From positions 62,001 through 126,000 of the IMG/VR virus record IMGVR_UViG_3300027708_000012: 64,000 nucleotides of DNA. One strand, 5' to 3'. Both the position numbers and the translations under genes were made by a program. The notes under the pieces were generated by a model. It made no database searches. It was given only the letters and a program-made list of their open reading frames with translations, and was not told where the DNA came from. Below are positions 1-9,300 of the stretch, one piece after another. How positions within the stretch are numbered: position 1 is the first letter of the stretch; every line of letters begins with the position of its first letter.

Positions 1-493
1 ATTAGGCAATGATATATCTAACAATAGTTGGATACTTGATAACCCTATATTTTCAAATTTAAAAAACGAGTTAATGTTACACGTACATTCTTATATGAAA
101 GAGTTAATGAAAATTGAAGTAGATCTGTACATGACTAATTCTTGGATTAATGTTACTGGTTTTCAAAAACAACATTCTGCGCACAGTCATACTAACAGTA
201 TATTATCGGGTGTGTATTATTTTAAAACTAGCGATAGTCAACCAAGTATATCATTTAATCGATTAACTCCGCCATTTTTCTTAAACATGAAATCTACTGA
301 ATATACACCTGCTAATTCTATTGAATGGACAGTACCGGTTGAAGACGGTGAGATTATTATATTTCCTAGTACTTGTTTTCATTATGTAAAACCAAACTTA
401 ACACAGAATGAAAGAATTAGCATTGCATTTAATACATTTGCACGAGGAACGATTGGTTCTGAAGTTCCAGGCGCAGATTTAGAATTAAAATAA
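1..493 (+). CDS. 2OG-Fe(II) oxygenase-like protein (TIGR02466-type), 5'-truncated by the window edge
   Basis: Frame is open from position 2 to the TAA at 491-493. Motifs SWIN, HSAHSH.NS.LSGVYY, IIIFPS..FHYV and RISIAFN match the phage 2OG-Fe(II) oxygenase family. Confidence 0.8.
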   Translation, partial: LGNDISNNSWILDNPIFSNLKNELMLHVHSYMKELMKIEVDLYMTNSWINVTGFQKQHSAHSHTNSILSGVYYFKTSDSQPSISFNRLTPPFFLNMKSTEYTPANSIEWTVPVEDGEIIIFPSTCFHYVKPNLTQNERISIAFNTFARGTIGSEVPGADLELK

Positions 494-500
494 GGTTATT

Positions 501-2291
501 ATGAAAAAAACATCGTGGATTGCAGGAGTTACTCGAGGGCATAATGCTAGTGTATGCTTGCTCAAAGACGGAGAAATAGTATTTTCTATCGAAGAAGAAA
601 GACTAAGTCGTAAAAAATACGACGGCGGCCCGTTTGCTGCAATGTTAAAAATACTTGATTATACAGATAAATTAGATTATATTGTAATTGCACATACACA
701 AAGTTTAAAAGACACTGCTGGTAAAATTGATTTTACAGGCGATGACGTTTATACAGGCCTAGCACGTAAACTAGGATTAATTGATCGTAAAGCAGACATT
801 TATAATCATCCACAAGTTATTGATTTAAGTCATATACATCATAAATTGCATGCAGCGTGTGCATTTTATCGATCTGGATTTACTGAAGCAGTTGCAGTAA
901 TTGTTGATGGCGCTGGAACTTTTATTCCATTGAATCTAGGTAATGAAAATGTAACTGGATGGGAAACTGAAAGTATATACACTTGTAATTATCCAAGTAA
1001 ATTTAGTACGCTTTATAAGCATATTGGTGTACGTGGGCCGGCACCCGGTTACTTAATTCAAGATTTTGATAGCGGTTTGTACGATGAGCCGGGTAAGACG
1101 CATCACGCTTTAATTACAGATCGAGCAGGCATTACTAAAACATACGAAGCTGTAACTCAATATTGCGGTTGGAGTCCTATTGAAGCTGGTAAAACTATGG
1201 GGTTATTTCCTTATGGTAAAGATAATCCTGCAATACCTCCACTTTTTGATGATACAAGTATAGCACCTCTTGCTAATAGAAATATTGTAGTACCAACATA
1301 CCCTAACGGTGCATTGATTAATACTGGATTATTTGAATTTTTAGATCAACATAATAATGATGATTTGACAATGCTAGAAAATCGAAGAGATCTTGCATAT
1401 GCTTGCCAGACACAAACACAATCTCAAGTTGTTAAATTAATTCAACAAGCCGTAGATATAAGCGGACATAAAAATGTTGTGTTAAGCGGCGGGTATGGAT
1501 TAAATTGTGTTGCTAATTATCATTACCTACAAGCTCTTAAAGACAACGGTATTAATTTCTATGTAGAACCTATTAGTAATGATGCTGGTACCGCTATTGG
1601 AGCAGCTCTAATGCATTGGCATTCATTAACAGGAAATCGTACTCCAGCAAAACATGATACATTGTATTTAGGCCCAGCTCATAGTTACACAACGGAACAA
1701 GTTATCGATATATCAATGCAACATGATGTTGAAATACAAGATGCTACTTATAGTGATATTGTAGAGTTATTAACTAAGAAAAACATTGTCACATTATTCC
1801 AAGGCTCTAGCGAAAACGGGCCACGGGCATTAGGAAATAGAAGTGTATTATTTGATCCACGGTTTGAAGATGGAAAAGATTTTGTTAATGGTGTAAAACA
1901 TCGTGAATATTTCCGACCATTTGCTGGTAGTATTTTAGCAGAATATGCTAAAGAGTGGTTTGATTTACGTGGCATGGAAGACAGTCCTTTTATGATGTAT
2001 GCTGTAAATTGCCAGCCTGGTGTTTCTGAAAAAATTCCAAGCATTATCCACGTAGATGGAACTTGCCGTATACAAACAGTTACGGAAGAACAAAACTTTC
2101 ATTACTACAACTTAATCAAAGAATTTCATAATACAACAGGATGTCCCATCTTGTTCAATACTAGCTTCAACTTAGGTGGCGAACCGTTAGTTGAAACACT
2201 AGAAGATGCTATTTGGACGTTACAGCATTCTGATATCGAATATCTGTTTTTACCAGAATTCAACAAACTAATTACTATCAGGAACAGCTAA
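501..2291 (+). CDS. Carbamoyltransferase (NodU/CmcH/TobZ family; Kae1-like plus YrdC-like domains)
   Basis: Motifs EEERLSRKK, HHKLHAACAFY, VDGAG, GGYGLNCVAN, NDAGTAIGAA, ENGPRALGNRS, KHREYFRPFA, HVDGTCRIQTV, NTSFNLGGEPLV. Confidence 0.93.
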   Translation: MKKTSWIAGVTRGHNASVCLLKDGEIVFSIEEERLSRKKYDGGPFAAMLKILDYTDKLDYIVIAHTQSLKDTAGKIDFTGDDVYTGLARKLGLIDRKADIYNHPQVIDLSHIHHKLHAACAFYRSGFTEAVAVIVDGAGTFIPLNLGNENVTGWETESIYTCNYPSKFSTLYKHIGVRGPAPGYLIQDFDSGLYDEPGKTHHALITDRAGITKTYEAVTQYCGWSPIEAGKTMGLFPYGKDNPAIPPLFDDTSIAPLANRNIVVPTYPNGALINTGLFEFLDQHNNDDLTMLENRRDLAYACQTQTQSQVVKLIQQAVDISGHKNVVLSGGYGLNCVANYHYLQALKDNGINFYVEPISNDAGTAIGAALMHWHSLTGNRTPAKHDTLYLGPAHSYTTEQVIDISMQHDVEIQDATYSDIVELLTKKNIVTLFQGSSENGPRALGNRSVLFDPRFEDGKDFVNGVKHREYFRPFAGSILAEYAKEWFDLRGMEDSPFMMYAVNCQPGVSEKIPSIIHVDGTCRIQTVTEEQNFHYYNLIKEFHNTTGCPILFNTSFNLGGEPLVETLEDAIWTLQHSDIEYLFLPEFNKLITIRNS

Positions 2292-3475
2292 TGAAACTGG
2301 CAATATTAGGCGCCGGCAGTTCTGGTATACAATCTGCTTGCCATTTTTTAGCATACCTTCCGGCAGGCTGGGAAGTTACACTGATATATAATCCTAACAT
2401 TCCAGCCTTTGGTATCGGAGAAAGTACTAACGGAACATTTTCAAAAGCACTCAAAGCAGGTTTAAATTTTGATTTTGAAAAAGACATGCATCATCTTGAT
2501 GCAACAATCAAATGGACTACTAAGTATGAAAATTGGAGGGATCAAGATTTTCATGGGCCGCTACTAACACTGGGCGACGGCGTATTTGCTTTGCATTTTA
2601 ATACATTTAAATTAAAAGATTTTGCATTGCCCAGACTAAAAAATACATGGGGTAATAAATTCAAAATAATAGAAGGACATGTTAATTCGTTAGTAAATGG
2701 AGTAGAACATGCAACTGTAACTGTAGATGATGCAGAATATCAATATGATTTTGTAATGGATAGTAGAGGATTTTCTAATGATTTAGATAATTATTTTGTT
2801 CTACAAAGTCCAGTATTAAATCATGCGCTGATACATAATATTCCGGGCGATGGTACAGATTGGCAATATACTGTACATCGTGCTACTGTCGATGGGTGGA
2901 TGTTTCAGATTCCTTTGTCTACTAGAATTAGTAATGGATATTTGTTTAACGATAATCTTGTTAGTATAGAAGATGCTAAGAAAAACTTTGCTAAAGAAAT
3001 AAACATTTCAATAGAAGAATTAGAAAATATTGAATACAAATTTACTCCTTACTATGCAAAAAACGTTTTAGAGAATAGAATAATTAAAAATGGAAACACA
3101 GCATTATTCTTTGAACCAATGTTTGGTAATTCTTTATGGAATTATGATGCAATTAATAGATTGTTCTTTGAATATATTACAGGCGAAACTGACGACATAG
3201 CAATAAATTCTAGATACATTACACACGTTCATGCATTAAAAGATATGTTTTATTTCAAATATCACGGCGGATCTATTTATAGTACTGAATTTTGGAATAA
3301 AACTGTAAACGTATCAAAAGAAAAATTAAATGAAAGTATGAGTTTTCACAATGCATTGTTGTTGATGAAAAAAATAAAAACAAACAACTTTTATGGTAAT
3401 TTTAATTGGGTCTATGGTCCAAGCGGACTTGATTTAGTAGATACGGTATTTGGTTACAATTATTTTAAAATTTAA
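2291..3475 (+). CDS. Flavin-dependent tryptophan-halogenase-like protein
   Basis: N-terminal FAD motif ILGAGSSG, GIGEST, ATIK (position of the catalytic Lys), GWMFQIP (variant of WxWxIP), GN..LFFEPM. Start overlaps the upstream stop (TAATG). Confidence 0.8.
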   Translation: MKLAILGAGSSGIQSACHFLAYLPAGWEVTLIYNPNIPAFGIGESTNGTFSKALKAGLNFDFEKDMHHLDATIKWTTKYENWRDQDFHGPLLTLGDGVFALHFNTFKLKDFALPRLKNTWGNKFKIIEGHVNSLVNGVEHATVTVDDAEYQYDFVMDSRGFSNDLDNYFVLQSPVLNHALIHNIPGDGTDWQYTVHRATVDGWMFQIPLSTRISNGYLFNDNLVSIEDAKKNFAKEINISIEELENIEYKFTPYYAKNVLENRIIKNGNTALFFEPMFGNSLWNYDAINRLFFEYITGETDDIAINSRYITHVHALKDMFYFKYHGGSIYSTEFWNKTVNVSKEKLNESMSFHNALLLMKKIKTNNFYGNFNWVYGPSGLDLVDTVFGYNYFKI

Positions 3476-3479
3476 TCAT

Positions 3480-3507
3480 AAAAATCCCGCAACTTGCGGG
3501 ATTTTTT
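3480..3507. terminator. Bidirectional rho-independent terminator
   Basis: AAAAATCCCGCAA-C-TTGCGGGATTTTTT inverted repeat with A and T tracts, between convergent genes. Confidence 0.85.
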
Positions 3508-3521
3508 AATTTGTTAGTTGT

Positions 3522-4148
3522 TTATTCTTCAAGCGATTTACCACTTGCCGGAGCGGGTCGCTGAGGAGTTAACGGTACTAAATTAGGATCTACGTCGTCT
3601 GGCCAATCAGGATTGCTAGGAGGTGCAATATATATTGGTGGCTCAGGAAGCCATTTTGAATCAGAACTTGATAGCTGACCAGGTGCTTCTGGCCAAGAAA
3701 TTTCAGCAATATCTTTGATATTTGTCAAATCAGTATCTGTCATATCTCGTAAGGCTGCTCGATATGCTCGCCATGATGCTTTTTCTTCATCAGATAATGG
3801 ACTATCAGCTACTTGAGTCCAGTCACTCATTAGTAATTTATAACCCCTTGCTGGAAGAACCCAACGTCTCATTTTTTCGTGATTTGATAACTCCTGGACA
3901 ATCCATTTTTGTTCAATGGTGCCATCTGGATTTTTAACAATATTTGTTCGAACTATATCTAGAACTTCATATTGCGGCATGATCCCTAGTCCAGGATTTT
4001 CGCCGTTAATTAGTTCTGCAAATCCATGTTCTTTTAATGATTCAGGCGTAATTGGCCCAATAAATTCAAAATAATGTTCTATGTTTTCTTCTGTTATTGG
4101 AAAATCTACTGGGTTTCCGTCTTCATCAATTTTAATATATAACGTCAT
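3522..4148 (-). CDS. Tail fibre assembly chaperone-like protein
   Basis: LLMSDWTQVADSPLS.EEKA.W.AYRAALRD..WPEAP is the Phage_tail_APC/Tfa-type motif. It lies directly downstream of a fibre gene and has a Pro-rich C-terminus. Confidence 0.75.
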   Translation of the reverse strand: MTLYIKIDEDGNPVDFPITEENIEHYFEFIGPITPESLKEHGFAELINGENPGLGIMPQYEVLDIVRTNIVKNPDGTIEQKWIVQELSNHEKMRRWVLPARGYKLLMSDWTQVADSPLSDEEKASWRAYRAALRDMTDTDLTNIKDIAEISWPEAPGQLSSSDSKWLPEPPIYIAPPSNPDWPDDVDPNLVPLTPQRPAPASGKSLEE

Positions 4149-4173
4149 TCTATGTTTGTCCTTTTAGATTAGA

Positions 4174-5970
4174 TTAACTTGAAGCATTAGGGTAGCTTCT
4201 GCCTGAACCCCAAATAATTCTAACCGCTCCTGTGCCGCCCCAACCGCCGCCGTGTGATGTTCCGCCACCGCCGCCGCCACCGCCGTAGCAACCGCCTTGG
4301 CCGTAACCGTTGCCAATACCGTTGCTATATGGTTCTCCATGTCCACCGTTTTGGCCACCCGATCCTCCGCATCCTGAAATTCCGTTTGAGCCGCCAGCGC
4401 CGTTGGTTCCTTGGGTAATAATTCCAACGCCGCCGCCGCCTGCTGTACCGTAAGTTGAGCTATGATATTGACAAGCTGAGCCACCACCGCCGCCGTATCC
4501 ACAGTTACAGTATGTATATGTATTGTTACAGCAATAACCAGCTGCGCCGCCGCCGCCGCCAGCTGTGCTGGACCATGCTACGTTTCCATAACTTGCACAA
4601 TAGCCTGTGTTTGATCCACCCATGTATGCGCAACCTGCGCCGCATCCACAGCATCCGCCGTAGGCAATCATAAATGTGCTATCTCCGCAAAATACACTAC
4701 AACCGCCTGGAGATTGACTCCAACAACCACCATTTCCTACGTTTACAAAATAGCCAGAACCTGGAGTTACAGGTATACCGTTGGCCCAGATTAATGCGCC
4801 ACCGGCACCGCCGCAAACTGCCCAACCATAGTAACCGCCGCCGCCACCACCTACAACAATTGCAGACACACTGTTTACACCTGATGGTGCTGTCCAAGTG
4901 TAGTAGTTTTGTTCGCCGTTTGAGTTGCTGTTACCACCAAAACTTGAGTGGCCGCCGCGTCCAGTATACAATTGTGTTCCAGAAGGTATTGTGGTTGTAA
5001 TTGCCCAAGAAAGTGCCTGATCAGTTGTATAAGGGCCGTCTGTAGCTCTAATTGTGAAATTATATGTTTGTGTGCCTGGAGATTGACTACAGTTACCGCT
5101 AATAACACCCGTAGTACCGTTTAAACTTAAACCAGGAGGTAAACTTCCGCTAACTAATGAATATGTAATCGTTCCAGTACCTGCGGTAGCAACAACTGTT
5201 GTGCTAAACGAACTGTTAACCAACCCTGAAGCACTACCAATACTTGTTGTACTCCATACTGGAATTTGGTTTAGTAACGACACATAAAATGTATACACAG
5301 CTCGTTGAGTGCCAACAGTGTCTGTAATAGTAACATCGACAGTATATGATGCATTTGCAGCGTTAGCCATGGTACCAGTTAGTACACCAGAGCTGTTTAA
5401 TGATAATCCTGTTAATAGCGTAGTACCGCTAGTAATTGCATAACTTAAACTAGAACCGTTTGTAGATGATGCAGCTAGTGATTTTGATACGTTTGTATTG
5501 CTTTTGTTATATGTACCAAGAGTCAACGATGTTGTTGGTACACTAATAAAAGGACTTGACCACGCAACTGCATTACCTGCGCCTGCTTGGGCTAGGAATC
5601 CACCAGATGTTGCTAATCTTGCTGGTAAATTTTCCCATTCTAAATAATAGTTTGTACCGTCTGATACAATTTGTATTGTTTGACCTGCAGCAATACTTTG
5701 TACAGTTACTTGACTTCCGCCGGTGCCTGCAAATACTCCGGTAGGAGTTGTTACAGTCATCGTGTAAGTAGAATCATTCCAGTATGAAACTGATACTTTT
5801 GGAAAAGCACTAGGCGCCGGCAATGTAACATTATAACCTGCACTAGTTGCTGTAAGTTGTGTTAATTGTCCGCTACTAAAATATGTTTCTGTAAATGCTG
5901 TTGTAGCGGTCTTCGTTACCGACGAACCGCCTCCAGGATTTCCGCCCAGTGTATTGACTCTTCTTCCCAT
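4174..5970 (-). CDS. Tail fibre/adhesin-like protein with putative Ig (He_PIG-like) repeats and a Gly/Cys-rich C-terminal domain
   Basis: Ig-like repeats (YSLVSGSLPPGLSLNGTTGVISG). C-terminal YTWTAPSGV.SVS.IVVGGGGGG...GG.GAVRIIW glycine-rich adhesin-type domain. GGAG SD upstream. Confidence 0.75.
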   Translation of the reverse strand: MGRRVNTLGGNPGGGSSVTKTATTAFTETYFSSGQLTQLTATSAGYNVTLPAPSAFPKVSVSYWNDSTYTMTVTTPTGVFAGTGGSQVTVQSIAAGQTIQIVSDGTNYYLEWENLPARLATSGGFLAQAGAGNAVAWSSPFISVPTTSLTLGTYNKSNTNVSKSLAASSTNGSSLSYAITSGTTLLTGLSLNSSGVLTGTMANAANASYTVDVTITDTVGTQRAVYTFYVSLLNQIPVWSTTSIGSASGLVNSSFSTTVVATAGTGTITYSLVSGSLPPGLSLNGTTGVISGNCSQSPGTQTYNFTIRATDGPYTTDQALSWAITTTIPSGTQLYTGRGGHSSFGGNSNSNGEQNYYTWTAPSGVNSVSAIVVGGGGGGYYGWAVCGGAGGALIWANGIPVTPGSGYFVNVGNGGCWSQSPGGCSVFCGDSTFMIAYGGCCGCGAGCAYMGGSNTGYCASYGNVAWSSTAGGGGGAAGYCCNNTYTYCNCGYGGGGGSACQYHSSTYGTAGGGGVGIITQGTNGAGGSNGISGCGGSGGQNGGHGEPYSNGIGNGYGQGGCYGGGGGGGGTSHGGGWGGTGAVRIIWGSGRSYPNASS

Positions 5971-5994
5971 TTAATATCTCCAATATTTCAAGTT

Positions 5995-6000
5995 TATTTA
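5995..6000 (-). promoter_or_regulatory. T4-type late promoter core (TAAATA)
   Basis: GATAAATA on the - strand about 25 nt upstream of the 5970 start; a gp55 homologue is encoded in the window. Confidence 0.55.
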
Positions 6001-6020
6001 TCTGTAAAGTTAGCAGATAA

Positions 6021-6344
6021 TTAAGTTGTTGATGTTTCTATACCCGTAACAACTACAGTACAACCAGTTGAACTTGCTCTACACAATACAATCTTTCCAG
6101 CATCCATTACAATACCGGTTCTTTCAAGAACACCGTTTGGTAGTAGTTGTGTTTCATATTCTAAATATTCTGTAGCCAACGCAGTACTACTAGCAGAAAT
6201 TGATAATCTAATAGTAATAGTTGTTGTATTTCTGTTGCAAAATGATACATTCACAACGCTAAATGTATTGATTGGAACCGTATACGCTACTGTGTCAGTA
6301 GCTGCGTTGGTCATGTCAATCGCTCCTAATCTTCCTGATGCCAT
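6021..6344 (-). CDS. Small beta-rich virion/fibre-associated protein (paralogue family A)
   Basis: 107 aa with GGAG SD. Shares a pattern with the ORFs at 20300-20647 and 23505-23849. Confidence 0.6.
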   Translation of the reverse strand: MASGRLGAIDMTNAATDTVAYTVPINTFSVVNVSFCNRNTTTITIRLSISASSTALATEYLEYETQLLPNGVLERTGIVMDAGKIVLCRASSTGCTVVVTGIETSTT

Positions 6345-6357
6345 AATAAATTCTCCG

Positions 6358-9300
6358 TTATCTTAATAAAAAGTTGAATGCTAAAGGCATTCCATCGATT
6401 CCACCGGTAAAATTCATTTTACTCGGTACATTGATGTAAACGCCTGTTGTGGTTGTTATCGTGTTACCAGATACATAAATCACACCTGCCGTTAAGGTAT
6501 TTACATTCAAATTACTTCCGCCGCCACCAATTTGGCTGCTTATATATGCTCTAATTGCCTTTTGAGTTGGCACAACATTGTCTGAATTAGCCGTAAAATA
6601 CGGATCTGACGAGAATGAAGTAATTGTAGCATTGTATCCGCCTAATGAGGTAGTACCCAATGTCAGCGATGTTAGTCCTGCTAGCGAGAACGCACTAGCA
6701 TTTAAAGTAGCAGAACCTGTACTTTGTACAACATTAAACAAGTTACCAACGTTAAAGTTACCATCTTGGTCAGTACTTGTAAAGAACACACGGCCACCGC
6801 CGTTTGCAATTGTTTGTTTTGTTGAATCTGCAGCTATTAGCGGAGTTCCTGGATAATTGGTGTTGGAGAAATTTCCAGTTCCAATATTTAAGAAATCATG
6901 TCCTGTTAATCGCACTTGACTATACTTAATTCTCATCGTAGTAGTAGTGTTGTGTGTAGGTGCATTAGCCACTGTTAATGCAGGATTAATATTAAAATAT
7001 GCATTATTAGGAGTAAGTCCGCCGCCGCTTGATGTTACATTTGATACTGATACAAGTTTATAAACCGTACTATTACCAGAGAATACAACGTTTGCTCCTG
7101 ATATTGGCGTTGTGTACAATCCTGATATATTAACATACGCACCAGTTTGGAACGAATCACTGTATCCATTACCGGACACTGTAGCACTTGCACTTACATA
7201 TAATGATCCTCTACTTGCAAATGTCGGATTAGCAAGTGCGCCAACGCCAGTTCTGACTGTCCAAGTAGCTGCAATTGTTGCATTAGGATCAGTTATAGTC
7301 ATTACAGGAGTAGTTGCATAACCACTTCCTGGCTCAATGATTCTAACTGAAGAAATACTACCAGCTGATGCAACAGCTCTGGCTTGTGTTGTTGCGCCTG
7401 CTACTATAGAATTTGCTGTAGTTGTTCCTGCAGTTATGGCTACCCATAACGGAGTACTAGTTGGATTTCCAAACGCAATTCCTTGCCAGTTTGTTCCAGT
7501 TAGTAGTGCTCTAGATGTCCAATTAATGCCGTCTTCAGAGGTAGCAACTGTTGTAGAATTAGCTGCAACTGCAAAGAACAAGCCTTGTCCGTAACGAACT
7601 TTTGTCCATTGTAACGTTGCAGGTAATCCTGCTGGACTAGCTACCCATGTAATTCCATCTAAAGAATATGCTGATGCATTACTTCCTGTAGCTATTGCAA
7701 CAAAAATTCCTCTTCCGAATGCAACAGAACTCCAATATGCTGTAGTTGGCAAGGTTGCTGTAACCCAAGTTGTACCTGTTATGCTGTATGCTGCTTGTGT
7801 TCCACCTGCAGCAATCGCTACGTATGTTCCGTTGCCATATGCTACTCCAGACCATGATGTGCTAGCTGGTAATGCTCCAGTTGCTGCCCACGATGAGCCG
7901 TTTGACGAATATGAAGCTGCTGTTGAACCAGATGCCACAGCCATAAAAACTCCATTACCGTAACATATTGCACTCCACGAACCTGCTTGTAATGCGCCGC
8001 CTAATGTCCAAGATGTACCAGTGGATGTTGTTGTTGATGAAGTACCAGCACCAATTGCTACAAATACACCAGCACCGTATGCTATTGAAGTCCATGCTCC
8101 TGATGCAGATAGTGCTCCACCGGATGTCCAAGATGTACCATTAGTACTATATTGGTTTGCAGTTCCGCTATTGGCAATTGCAATATATCTACCACCGCTA
8201 CCTGTACCAGTAAATGTAAAGTTTGTGATTGATCCGCTAACTCCAATATTAGTTACTACGATATTAATGGCATTACTTGCCGAGCCTCCTAAACTAGTTC
8301 CTGCTATTACTAGTACTTCCCCAATTACATATCCGCCGCCGGATGCACTTTGGGTAACTGCGTAAGATACTCCAGTTTTAACTACATTAAACGTAGCTAG
8401 TGTTCCTGCGCCTGAGCTTGTACTACTTATGTTAGAATATGTAACAACATCATCACCGTATACACAATCAATCCATGTTCCTGATATTTGTGTAGAGCTA
8501 CTTGGAGTGAAAGATGGACTGGAGAATGTTAGTCGAGGTTCAATAATGTATTGAGTGGTAACGTCTAAATTAGCTACAATAGGAGTTCCTAGAACAACGT
8601 GATCCCACCCAGCTGCATATACTGATACAGGCGATGGTGATGAGCTAGTAATTATTATTGCACTTGTAGCAACGCTACTAGTACCAACACTGAATAAATT
8701 ACTGTTAGGAACTACAGCCATTGCATAATATAATGTAGCAGGTAATAAATTTGTTCCTACCGTGGCGCTTACATACATAGGCATGCCGTTATAAACACTA
8801 ACGTTGCTACCAACTGTTAATGTATTTTGTGTAGCAGAAATAGCTGCACTAGTACGTGTTTGACTTGCACTGACACTATAGCTTAAACTTGTTGTTGGCG
8901 TTCCAGTTGCAGTTTGATTAATACCGTATGTTCCTAATCCGCCAGCTGTGTAAACACTTGTTGACCCGCTTACGTTACCGACTAACGTGTTACTAATAGT
9001 AATTATACCTGTAAGATAGTTAACCGCAGTTACATATGTGTTAGCAAGCATACCGCTAATTGGTGCAATAAATTGTCCAATTACTACATTACTAATAGAA
9101 CCAACGGTAAACGAAGTCAATGTTATTGAAGTAGTTCCGCTAGTTCCAGTGAATGTAGCTGTTGCAAGAGCTGTGGCTCCTGTTGCGCTAATTTGCGCTA
9201 CAATATAAGTTCCAGCTGTTATAGCTCCACCAAGCAATAAAGCATACGGTGTTATACCAGTACTTGTTGCGCCAGCTGATAACAATATACTGGAAACGTT

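Noticed and set aside
4164-5108. Alternative-frame and antisense ORFs over the Gly-rich adhesin (4164-4502, 4455-4673, 4674-5000, 4697-4897, 4875-5108)
   Set aside because: These are shadows of GGC/GGT-rich codons that lack stops in other frames; they have no SD and low-complexity translations.
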